Assembly: GCA_963675245.1 (NCBI GenBank)
Contig: OY775910.1
Span: forward strand, 352,001-416,000
Source: Acholeplasmataceae bacterium
GTDB taxonomy: Bacteria > Bacillota_I > Bacilli_A > Acholeplasmatales > Acholeplasmataceae
Direction of reading: 5' to 3'
Length of the DNA stretch: 64,000 bases
Shown here: positions 48,561-58,055 of the stretch, piece after piece
Layout: each line of letters begins with the position of its first letter
How positions within the stretch are numbered: position 1 is the stretch's first letter
Made by a program: the position numbers and the translations under genes
Notes under the pieces: model-generated
The model's database searches: none
Seen by the model: the letters and a program-made list of their open reading frames with translations, nothing else
Told to the model about the DNA's origin: nothing

Positions 48561-51536
48561 ATGAATTTTAACAAGACAATAAGGAGATTTGCGGTTCTTT
48601 TTTTAAGTCTCGCGAGTATTCTTACATTGGCAGCCTGTGCACAAACCGATACTTTCCCAATTGGAGATCTCGGAGATACCGTCTACGCATCAGTCGGTGA
48701 TTACAGTGTAACAGAAGCCGAATTATACACCCAATTACGTTTACAAGGCTCATCAGCACTCGTAGACATTATTGACAAAATCTTATTTGAATCAGAAATT
48801 ACTGAAGCAAAAAACTTACTCGCTTCTGGTGATGCAGATACAGTTGAATTTCTAACCAATGAAGTGAATGCTGCCATCTATGGAACTGCTTCTACCATTG
48901 GTTATACAGTGGCTGATACAGAAGAACTTGAAGACCTTCAAGATTTCCAAAGTGACCGTTATGAACTATACGTTCGTGCTCTTGAAATCTTCGCTGACTC
49001 TTTATACTTAACTGATAATGCAGTTGATGTTGATGCACTCATTGATGACTTACTCGCATTAGGAGATACGTTTACTGGTTATGAAGATATTCCAGTATTA
49101 GTTGATGTTTATGCGGTTAGAGTTGCTGAATGGTTATATGCTAAAGATTTATTAGCTGATGAAGTTAACGATGAAGAAAGTAGTCAATACATTGAAGAAG
49201 CTGATGTTGTTAGTTACTATAAATCACAAGAAGAGGACAAATATGATGTTAATGCACTCGTTGTTCGTTTCTTGAATTTAAATGAAGCTAACGCTGCTTT
49301 ATTCGAAGTTGGTATTAAAGCTGATTCGAAAGGTAATTGGTATCAAATCCCTGATATTAGAGTCATTGATTTAACTGATCCTGACAACGGCTATATCGTT
49401 GATATTCTTGATGAACTTGAAATTGATTATTCTAATCAAGCAAACATTTCAATTGATGATTATGAAGCTTACTACAGAGCATATGTCATTAACACAGCAC
49501 GTCAAGATGGCACAACAGATATCAACTACTTACTTACTACTGCTGACGTAAAAGTTAAGTTCGTAGAATTATACAACTTATTAAATCCAACCGCTACTGT
49601 ACAAATTGATGCTGAAGGTAATGTTGTTGGTGATAGTGATACAGAATACACATCATTATTCACATATGATGAACTTACAAAATTAGATACAACATTAAGA
49701 AGTCACATTTATAATACGTTGACTGCTGAAGCGTTGATGGAAGACCCAGAAGATACATCTTCAGATACACCTTATTCATCACGTGTACAAACTGGTAGTA
49801 CATATCGTTTCTTAGTCTTTAAGTTAGATGATGACTCTGCTTCTCAAGAAAACATCTTAGTTGAAGATCCTGAAGATGCAGATGTTGAAATCTTTGGTGA
49901 TTCACAAGCAGCTCAAGATAAATATGATGAAATGCTTGCAGAACTCATTGATTCAAAATTAACGGACACATATATTTCAAACAAAATTTCTGATGTCTAT
50001 GATGAAACTACACTTGATATCTATGATCCAGTAATTCGTATTATTTACTCACAAGGTTATGACTACTCCGGTACAGATAAAACACAATCAGGTGATGTCG
50101 TAGCTAAAGTGAATGATACAGAGATCACAGTGCAGCAATTATATGATCGTTTAGAAAAAGCATACGGTATTAACTTAGCATACGATATCCTCGTGAATGA
50201 ATATTTAGATGCATCTGAATTATATACAGTTGATAGTGATAAACTTTCAGATTATCAAGATCAATTTGAAACAATCATTACATCATTCACATCTGATAGT
50301 TATGCACCTACATATCCTGCTTCTATGGGTAGACAAGCATTCTTATTAATTGCATTCGGCGCACAAACAAACGCAGAAGCTATCAACCAATTATATGTTT
50401 ATCCAGACTTAAGACAACAATACATTGATGATATTGAAAATCATTTTGATAACACTAATTCATCAATTTATGAAAAATTTGCAGACCTTGCTGGTCAACA
50501 ATATGATTACGATAAAGGTATTAGAGTAAGTCATTTACTTGTTTATGTTGACCAAGATGCAAACGGTACACCAGATGACCCTCAAGAATATTTAGATGGT
50601 TTATCAGCTGCTGCTAGAGCAGATGTTGAAGCTGGTGTTATCGATCTCGTTGATTATGTTTATGATCAAGTTGGTGATTACACAAGCATCTCTTCAGCAC
50701 TTTCAACACTAGCTGCTAGTTACGATTCTGCTATCCGTCTTGAAAGAGGTCGTTACCAAACAACACCTTATGAAGTCATCGATGAAGACCAATGGGTCCA
50801 ATTCCGTCTCTTGGGATTAAACCTCAAATTCGAATCACTCTCGATGGAAATCACTAACGCATCAAATTTATTGAGTAGTTCTTCTATTCTCGATCCAGCT
50901 TTCTATGAAAGAGCAATGACATTATATGACGATCTATATGAGTTAAGAGATGAAGATGGTGTTCTTCCATACTTAGACTTATATGAAGATTTCACATTTG
51001 ATGACAGTCTTTCATTCGCTGATATCACTGATTCAGAAAATGGTGTTGCAAATATTCAATCAACATTCGGTTGGCACTTCATCCTTGTTACATCTATTTC
51101 AGATAAATCAAGTGCAATGTTAGAAGCTGCTGATGATACTGATGGCGATTATGTAGCAACACTTGAAGATGATTCTACAATCAACTTATACAACGAAACA
51201 AGTGATGCATTAACAGCAAATCAAATTGAGTACTACTTAAAGAGCCAAGATGCTGATGAAGCATTCAACTTCGATAGTGATGTTCAAACGGCTTTAAATA
51301 CATACTTCTCACCAGTCTTATCAATCTATCAAGGCACTTACATGCAACGTGAATTAATCTTTAGATTATTAGATGATATGACATTCGGTAATAGTGCTAA
51401 TTCAGATAGAGTTGCGATGATTAGAGCAATCAACCGTCGTCAATTAGCAACATATCAACTTTCTGTAAATGGTGGCGTATATGATGAAAACTACGCTAAC
51501 CTATATGGTAACCTGTTCACAATCCTTGAAGGTTAA
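48561..51536 (+). CDS. Large acidic lipoprotein, PrsA/SurA-like foldase with duplicated architecture
   Basis: Lipobox LAAC; two SurA/PrsA-like N-terminal motifs; parvulin-like VSHLLV and QSTFGWHFILV. Confidence 0.7.
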   Translation: MNFNKTIRRFAVLFLSLASILTLAACAQTDTFPIGDLGDTVYASVGDYSVTEAELYTQLRLQGSSALVDIIDKILFESEITEAKNLLASGDADTVEFLTNEVNAAIYGTASTIGYTVADTEELEDLQDFQSDRYELYVRALEIFADSLYLTDNAVDVDALIDDLLALGDTFTGYEDIPVLVDVYAVRVAEWLYAKDLLADEVNDEESSQYIEEADVVSYYKSQEEDKYDVNALVVRFLNLNEANAALFEVGIKADSKGNWYQIPDIRVIDLTDPDNGYIVDILDELEIDYSNQANISIDDYEAYYRAYVINTARQDGTTDINYLLTTADVKVKFVELYNLLNPTATVQIDAEGNVVGDSDTEYTSLFTYDELTKLDTTLRSHIYNTLTAEALMEDPEDTSSDTPYSSRVQTGSTYRFLVFKLDDDSASQENILVEDPEDADVEIFGDSQAAQDKYDEMLAELIDSKLTDTYISNKISDVYDETTLDIYDPVIRIIYSQGYDYSGTDKTQSGDVVAKVNDTEITVQQLYDRLEKAYGINLAYDILVNEYLDASELYTVDSDKLSDYQDQFETIITSFTSDSYAPTYPASMGRQAFLLIAFGAQTNAEAINQLYVYPDLRQQYIDDIENHFDNTNSSIYEKFADLAGQQYDYDKGIRVSHLLVYVDQDANGTPDDPQEYLDGLSAAARADVEAGVIDLVDYVYDQVGDYTSISSALSTLAASYDSAIRLERGRYQTTPYEVIDEDQWVQFRLLGLNLKFESLSMEITNASNLLSSSSILDPAFYERAMTLYDDLYELRDEDGVLPYLDLYEDFTFDDSLSFADITDSENGVANIQSTFGWHFILVTSISDKSSAMLEAADDTDGDYVATLEDDSTINLYNETSDALTANQIEYYLKSQDADEAFNFDSDVQTALNTYFSPVLSIYQGTYMQRELIFRLLDDMTFGNSANSDRVAMIRAINRRQLATYQLSVNGGVYDENYANLYGNLFTILEG

Positions 51537-51557
51537 TCAAAACCACATATAAATAAA

Positions 51558-53021
51558 GGTTCTCTGTCAAGGATAGGGGTACCGAATAAGTAAATCAATG
51601 AAAAGCGTATTTTTAGGTGATTCATCTAAATGCGTTTTTTCATTATGCACTTAATGTGTAATCTTTGTTGTAAAGAAAGAGAATTCTAGATCTGAACCTG
51701 TTGAAATCAGTAAATCCATAAGCTGTTCTTTTAATGACTTTAATAAAGTTATTAATACCTTCGACAATGCCATTCGTCATCTTTTTACGTGTTTCAGGAT
51801 GAAGGTCAAATGATTGAACGATTTCTTGACGCCAATTGATAAATGTTTTCTTAATATCTCTAAATTCTTTGGTGGTTGCGTGTCTGAGTAGATCAATGAA
51901 TTGATTGATAAAAGCCGGTGCCTCTTCATAAGATAATGTTTCTATGCTGGTTTGAAAGAGATCTTTAAGATGAAAAGCTTCTTTTAAATCCGGGTGAAGA
52001 TTCGCTGCGATATCATGTATGACATAATCATTGACGTTTTGTTCTAAGAGATGATGGTAGTAATAAGTGTCATTCAAGTCGCTCGGTGACTTCATCAAGA
52101 GCTTCCAATGCTTCTTTAATATCTTATAGTTGATAGAATCCTCATCAAATGTTTTCATAATGCGTATTCTTACGGCGTTGAATGACCAATAGATATATCT
52201 TAAGAAGTGGAATGTGTCTGCGATAATGCGCGCATGAGGTAAATAAGCTTTCACGATATTCCGGTACGGTGCCCATAGGTCCATAATGACGTTTTTAACG
52301 TTGCTGCGCTCTTCATAAGGTATTTGACTGAAGTAATTCTTTAACCAGTCTGTCCGTCTGTTTCTCATCACGTCTATCACTTTCTTGTTGATGGGATCAC
52401 AGATGACAAAGGCGTATTTGCCATAGCCGAGGTTGCGCTTTTTAAATTCATCAATACTGATCGTTTCAGATAGTTTTAACCTGCTCGGTTGGATGTGTTT
52501 ATCGATATGTCTCATCGCTGTTGGCACAGAGACATTCAAACGTTTCGCGATGGCTGTATAGCTTTGGACATATTCAGCTTCCCTTAAGATGTGATGCTTC
52601 GTGACATTGGATATCTTATTGAAACGCTCAACGAACTGATTAGGTTCTGGGAACCGCTTGTGGCAGTGTTTACAGACATACCGTCTTCGTCTGTATTTTA
52701 AATACACATGGTAGCCATTGATGACACCATGCTTAATGACTCTATCTCTATAGTCGTGAACTTTAGAAGTGTAACTCCCACAATGTGGACATAATTGATA
52801 GCCTTGTGTGAATCTCAAATGGACATGCATATCATTCTCAATGGTCTCTATTTGCTTAATCTTTAAGTGCTCGTCTTCAATTCTTAGTACTTTCTTGATA
52901 TAATTGTCTTGCATAAGTAAACTCCTTATCTAAAGTGTGTGGTTACCTTTATTATAAGATTTACTTATGCTTTTTTATATCCCTTTATAAAATCATCCAC
53001 CCCTAACATAATTATAGAGCC
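51558..53021 (-). mobile_element. ISL3 family insertion sequence, 1464 bp, 8-bp target duplication TAAATAAA
   Basis: Ends GGTTCT...TAGGGGT and (reverse complement) GGCTCT...TAGGGGT; TAAATAAA at 51550-51557 and 53022-53029. Confidence 0.92.
51643..52914 (-). CDS. ISL3 family transposase
   Basis: CPHCG...CKHC zinc finger, SIDEF, MDLWAPY, ADTFH, TNGIVEGINNFIKVIKR.YGF. Confidence 0.96.
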   Translation of the reverse strand: MQDNYIKKVLRIEDEHLKIKQIETIENDMHVHLRFTQGYQLCPHCGSYTSKVHDYRDRVIKHGVINGYHVYLKYRRRRYVCKHCHKRFPEPNQFVERFNKISNVTKHHILREAEYVQSYTAIAKRLNVSVPTAMRHIDKHIQPSRLKLSETISIDEFKKRNLGYGKYAFVICDPINKKVIDVMRNRRTDWLKNYFSQIPYEERSNVKNVIMDLWAPYRNIVKAYLPHARIIADTFHFLRYIYWSFNAVRIRIMKTFDEDSINYKILKKHWKLLMKSPSDLNDTYYYHHLLEQNVNDYVIHDIAANLHPDLKEAFHLKDLFQTSIETLSYEEAPAFINQFIDLLRHATTKEFRDIKKTFINWRQEIVQSFDLHPETRKKMTNGIVEGINNFIKVIKRTAYGFTDFNRFRSRILFLYNKDYTLSA

Positions 53022-53025
53022 TAAA

Positions 53026-53059
53026 TAAAAAGGTAGAAACTTCGGTTTCTACCTTTTTT
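53026..53059. terminator. Bidirectional terminator next to the IS
   Basis: AAAAGGTAGAAAC-TTCG-GTTTCTACCTTTT. Confidence 0.85.
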
Positions 53060-53066
53060 CTTTTTA

Positions 53067-53687
53067 TTATTTTTCAATGACTTCAACTTGATACTCTTCT
53101 AATTCACAAAAGGATAATAGTTTTTGATTGACTTCTTTAAATCCATAGATACGATGCTTTTTACCGTTGATCTCTAAATCAATTTTTTTATTGATAATCA
53201 TTTCGCTTTGTTTATGCTTGATATAAAACTTGAATACTGTATGCGCTTTATCTGATGATATAAACGGCTTTATTCCTTTTCTTCTTAAATCTAGTAATTA
53301 AATAGATGTTTCATATAATATCATCATCGTATAAATAGACTCTGAGTTCTTGCCTCTTTGAACAATACGATATAATGGTACTTTCGTTCCCTCAGATTCA
53401 TACTCATCATATAAGGTAAATGAAAAGTGAGCTACTTCTTTTCTATCTATTCGTTTCGCTGCTATATATAGAAAGAGCGAAATGATGAGAAACACTACCG
53501 GGAGTAGTAAGATAAACCAGCGATCGATGCCTTCTGATAAATCATCAGTGAATGTCAACACCAACCATATAACGATAAATTCTAAAAGCGCAATCAAAAT
53601 CAAGGCTAAGCTACTACTATATAAATTTCTTTTTAAATGTTTACGAAGTAATGCGTCGTACTCATATTTGGAAATGATTGTATTCAT
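53067..53687 (-). pseudogene. Membrane protein gene interrupted by one in-frame TAA
   Basis: The 129-aa ORF stops at 53298-53300, but the same frame stays open for 76 more codons to TAA TAA next to the terminator. Confidence 0.7.
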
Positions 53688-53692
53688 CAGCT

Positions 53693-54613
53693 TTATTTTT
53701 TAGGTTTATAAAATCTCATACGATCAAGCACAGAAACCATATTTGTAAATGAACCTTCAGGTGTTTCTTCTAGTACTTCACCTAAAACAGTGAATTTAGA
53801 ATCAATCGTATCGATAAACCATAGAAGTAATGCTTCACCTGTTTGCGGTTTCTTAGGAGATCCAAAGTGGAATTGACCATGATGTGATAAGATCATATGT
53901 TTCAGCATTAACACATCTTCATGATCTGTATAACCGAGCTTATCAGCCATCTTATCAATAATGATCGTTTGCATGACTAAGTGTCCGATTAATAATCCTT
54001 CTTTCGTATACTCACCATCTACACCACTAATTTCATCTAGTTTAGACATATCATGCAAAATCGTTCCTGCATATAATAAATCTCTATTTAAGTATGGATA
54101 AACTTCAATGAAATTATCAATTAAAGATAACATTGTCAATGTATGATAAGCAAGTCCACCAACATAAGCATGATGGAATTTGGTTGCTGCCGGATGAAGA
54201 TAGAATTTCTTTTCTCTACTTTCATATATCGCTTTTGTGATATCTTTTAATACATTGTTTTTAATGTGAGATAAATAACCTTCAATCCCTTTTTTAATTT
54301 CAAATAAAGATTTAGGTGCGTACACATAAAAATGATCAAGCACATGCGATAACGCTTCTGGGCTTAAAACATCTTCAGCGGGAATCATATCAACACACTT
54401 TAAAACAAGTTCATCTTCTACTTTAAGTACTGCTTTTGTTGTAAACTGATATATCTTACCTTGGATGATGACATCTAGGTGATCCATCTCGAGCTTGATA
54501 TTCACGTGTTCTCCATCTTCAGTAAGAATGGTTGTGTTTGCGAAATGTATCCCTTGATTGATATTTTCTACTTTTCCTAAATACGTATAGGTTTGATTTT
54601 CTGTTAAATCCAT
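53693..54613 (-). CDS. yhaM: HD-domain 3'-5' exoribonuclease, YhaM/Cbf1-like
   Basis: PAATKFHHAYVGGLAYHT, LHDMSK, LIGH, ILSHHG..FGSP. Confidence 0.85.
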   Translation of the reverse strand: MDLTENQTYTYLGKVENINQGIHFANTTILTEDGEHVNIKLEMDHLDVIIQGKIYQFTTKAVLKVEDELVLKCVDMIPAEDVLSPEALSHVLDHFYVYAPKSLFEIKKGIEGYLSHIKNNVLKDITKAIYESREKKFYLHPAATKFHHAYVGGLAYHTLTMLSLIDNFIEVYPYLNRDLLYAGTILHDMSKLDEISGVDGEYTKEGLLIGHLVMQTIIIDKMADKLGYTDHEDVLMLKHMILSHHGQFHFGSPKKPQTGEALLLWFIDTIDSKFTVLGEVLEETPEGSFTNMVSVLDRMRFYKPKK

Positions 54614-54623
54614 TGTGATTCTC

Positions 54624-55769
54624 CTATTCTAAATGGCTGAGCATATACGTCTTTAAAACTTCGTAATCATTTTTTAGATTGTGCTCAAGAATCTCTATGA
54701 CCATTTTCTTTTGTAGTTGCTTAACCCATGCACCAGCTTTTTTACCTGCAATGTCGATCATATCTGTCGGTCTTAATTTTAAATCCACTTCGCTTGTAAT
54801 TGGTAATTCGTGATAAGCTCTTTGGATATCAGCTGATTGCAGCTTTGCTCTGCCTAAAACAAAGTTTACTTTATTAGATAATAAGCAAAGTTCCAAGCCA
54901 TATTGATATAAATCCATCGCAGAAATTGCTGATTTTTGATTCGCTAGTTGACTCGCTACTTGATAGCGATGTTTATGTTTATTTGAGAATTTCCATACGT
55001 TTGGAATATTGCCATCGTTTAACGCGAAAGATGCTGTAAAGAATACTTCTACAAACAATTTTTCTGCATGTTCACTAAAGAATTCAATCCCTTCTTTTAA
55101 ACCAGGAAGAACTTCATGAACTCCTGTGGTGACCATTGATTTAAACGCACGTCTTAAATATTTTGATTTCACTGTTTTAACGAGTTCATCAATCACACGT
55201 TCATTCGCGATGTCACTAATGTTATCTTTTAATTCAAAAATTGCTTCTCTTGTATCTCGATCAATTTGAAAACCTAATTTCGCTTGGAAATAAAAAGCTC
55301 TTAACATACGAAGGGCGTCTTCATCAAAGCGTGTTTTTGGATCACCAATCGCTCTGATCATCTTCGCTTCGATATCTGCTTTTCCACCCACATGATCGAT
55401 GATGTTCATCTCCCCATCCATCAAGAGACCGTTCATCGTGAAATCACGACGTTTAACATCTTCAATCACTTGATCACTATACGTAACTTCCTCAGGATGT
55501 CTGTTATCTTGATAGTCACCATCTACACGGAAAGTTGTCACTTCATATTTATCGTCTTGAAACAAGACTGTAACTGTACCATATTTTAATCCAGTAGGCT
55601 TCGTTTCAAATAGCTTAGCCACTTGATAAGGCTTCGCATTTGTCGTGATATCGACATCATTCGATGGTATATGCAAAATATAGTCGCGCACTGCACCACC
55701 AACGACATAAGCTTCATAGCCTTCTCTTTTTAATATTTTAATTATTTTCATAGCCCCTTGAAGACTCAT
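54624..55769 (-). CDS. cca: CCA tRNA nucleotidyltransferase
   Basis: VGGAVRD, DVDITT, EVTTFR, RRDFTMN, EDALRMLR. Confidence 0.92.
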   Translation of the reverse strand: MSLQGAMKIIKILKREGYEAYVVGGAVRDYILHIPSNDVDITTNAKPYQVAKLFETKPTGLKYGTVTVLFQDDKYEVTTFRVDGDYQDNRHPEEVTYSDQVIEDVKRRDFTMNGLLMDGEMNIIDHVGGKADIEAKMIRAIGDPKTRFDEDALRMLRAFYFQAKLGFQIDRDTREAIFELKDNISDIANERVIDELVKTVKSKYLRRAFKSMVTTGVHEVLPGLKEGIEFFSEHAEKLFVEVFFTASFALNDGNIPNVWKFSNKHKHRYQVASQLANQKSAISAMDLYQYGLELCLLSNKVNFVLGRAKLQSADIQRAYHELPITSEVDLKLRPTDMIDIAGKKAGAWVKQLQKKMVIEILEHNLKNDYEVLKTYMLSHLE

Positions 55770-55830
55770 ATTTATCACCGTTTCTATTATACCAAAATTT
55801 TGCAAAGAAAAGGGCTAGACTCTAGCCCTA

Positions 55831-56685
55831 TTATTTAAGAAATATACCAATACCGACAACATCTGGTCCGATATGTGCACCAACAACTGGTGTGTTTGGT
55901 GACTCAAATAAATTTTCTAAACCTAGTTCTTCTTTAAGGATATGTTCAAAATGTGCTTTTAAAGTTGGGTTTCCTGTATATAAGATATAAGCATCAAATG
56001 CTTGATCTCCAACAAATTCTTTCACTTTTGAAGCAATCGTTGATAATGCTGTTTTAATGTTTCTGATTTTTTCAATTGAGACAATATGTCCCGTTTCTTG
56101 AACTTGCAATATGGGTTTAATTTTTAGAAGTTTTCCGACAAAAGCAGCAGCACCTGATAAACGTCCATTCATCACTAAATACCTGAGTGAATCAACTGCG
56201 AAGAATATCGTGTTTTTCTTTCTCATATCAGCAAGCTTTTCATCAATTTCTGTAAATGATTTTCCTGCTTGAATCATCTTATCTGCTTCTAATGCAAATA
56301 GTCCTTCTGCAAAACAAACGGTTAGTGTATCAAATACATGTACCTTAATATCGGGTTCTAATTCTTTAGCAGCAAGCGACACTGAATTATATGTCCCGCT
56401 TAATTTCGAAGAAAGAGTTGTCACATAAAATTCATCATAACCTTTTTCGTTATGTAGTTTTTTGAAATAGTCTACGACTTCACCAACTGATGGTTGACTT
56501 GTTTTAGGAACAAGTTCAGGTTGTGATCTTAAGATTTCATAAAATCTATCCGCTGTTAAATCTTGACCATCGGCATATCCGACTTCATCTAAAAATATCT
56601 TGATTCTAAGTATTTCAACTTGATGTGGTTGTTGATAATAATCTAGTCCCCCAGTTGAAGTATCAATGACGACACGTTTACCCAT
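55831..56685 (-). CDS. DegV/FakB family protein (second paralog)
   Basis: PKTSQPS, LSSKLSGTY, YLVMNGRL, GAHIGP. Confidence 0.93.
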   Translation of the reverse strand: MGKRVVIDTSTGGLDYYQQPHQVEILRIKIFLDEVGYADGQDLTADRFYEILRSQPELVPKTSQPSVGEVVDYFKKLHNEKGYDEFYVTTLSSKLSGTYNSVSLAAKELEPDIKVHVFDTLTVCFAEGLFALEADKMIQAGKSFTEIDEKLADMRKKNTIFFAVDSLRYLVMNGRLSGAAAFVGKLLKIKPILQVQETGHIVSIEKIRNIKTALSTIASKVKEFVGDQAFDAYILYTGNPTLKAHFEHILKEELGLENLFESPNTPVVGAHIGPDVVGIGIFLK

Positions 56686-56773
56686 AACAGTCCTCCAAAA
56701 AAATCGTTCGTAACCATTATATCAAAGTTTACTTGATATTGATATCCTGTGTTATACTAATTTCGGTGATCAT

Positions 56774-57376
56774 ATGTTTTATATCAAAGACATTACAGAA
56801 AATGAAATCGTCATCAATCGTTCACGTTTTATCGCGATTGCTTATCCATTAACTACGGAACAAGATTATCATACGTGTATAGCAGATGCTAAAATCAGGT
56901 ATCCTAAAGCGACACACTATACCCATGCCTATGTATTTGGTACACAAGGAGAGCATGCACATTTGGATGATGATGGTGAACCATCAAGAACGGCGGGCAT
57001 GCCTATCTATGATGTATTAAGACATCACGACATCACGAATATTATGATGATTGTTGTTCGCTATTTTGGTGGTGTTAAACTTGGTGCAGGTGGACTTATA
57101 CGTGCTTATACATCAGCAGCTGCAGATGTCTTGAAGATCGTTCAACGTTATGAAATCAAACGTGTATATCGCTATGTCATAACTTTCCCATATGCGTTAG
57201 CCGGAAAAATAGATCAGTTATTTGAAGGTCATGGCATCATAAAGCATCGTACATTTACAGATACGTTAACTTATGACTGTTTATTAAATGATGACAATCT
57301 TTTGTTCTTAGATCAGTTTACACATCTCATCAAATATAAACGACTCAACTCCGTCGATGAATTGGTTCCTGTTTAG
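56774..57376 (+). CDS. YigZ/IMPACT family protein
   Basis: SRFIA, ATH, DDGEPSRTAG, VRYFGGVKLGAGGLIRAY. Confidence 0.94.
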   Translation: MFYIKDITENEIVINRSRFIAIAYPLTTEQDYHTCIADAKIRYPKATHYTHAYVFGTQGEHAHLDDDGEPSRTAGMPIYDVLRHHDITNIMMIVVRYFGGVKLGAGGLIRAYTSAAADVLKIVQRYEIKRVYRYVITFPYALAGKIDQLFEGHGIIKHRTFTDTLTYDCLLNDDNLLFLDQFTHLIKYKRLNSVDELVPV

Positions 57377-57991
57377 GGACCTTTTTTGTTTACAGAAAGT
57401 GTTTCATAAATGTATGGTGTGATAAAATTAATTTAATTTCTATTTATATCATCATTAATCAATACTTTATCAGATGAAAAAACAACACTATTACAATATG
57501 GAAATTAATGATTTTTGATCTCTATTTTTTGATGTGTTTTCACATTTCAAAAATTTTCTATTTACACTTTTTAAACAGGAAAAATGAAAGGACATTTTTT
57601 TGAAATTGTTTTAGTTAACCTTTCAAGACGTCTTGAAAGTGATATTAAAGTGATATCATATGAAACACCGTATAAACTCTTTATAAAGCCACTTTCAAGC
57701 CATCTAATTTAGACTCAAACATGCATAGTGTATGTTGATTAAAAACGAAACACGACAAAAAGTCATCCATAAAAGTCTGAAAGACTAAACAGAAGATTCT
57801 AAAAAAAATTCTAATCAAAAAGTGAATATGGACGTTTTTTTAGACTAAATGTTACGAAAAACGAGGTTATTGTTTTAGTGACGCGATTATCAAGTGTTTT
57901 TTAAGTGATTAAGAAGAGTCGATCATCATGTCACTCCTTTTGATATAAATCCAATTTTTTAAACATATGATCTCTGATTCTCATCATTAAA

Positions 57992-58035
57992 TAAAAAGAC
58001 CAAACCACATATCACACTTGAGATGTTGTTTGGTC
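57992..58035 (-). terminator. Probable terminator of the cotH-like gene
   Basis: GACCAAAC...GTTTGGTC stem with a T-run on the minus strand. Confidence 0.55.
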
Positions 58036-58055
58036 AATTTCATTAATCATGAAAA

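Noticed and set aside
57377..58055. oriC, dif site or housekeeping RNA (tmRNA, RNase P, SRP, tRNA)
   Set aside because: I saw no DnaA-box cluster, XerCD-like 28-mer or GC-rich structured segment, and gene strand bias does not switch here.
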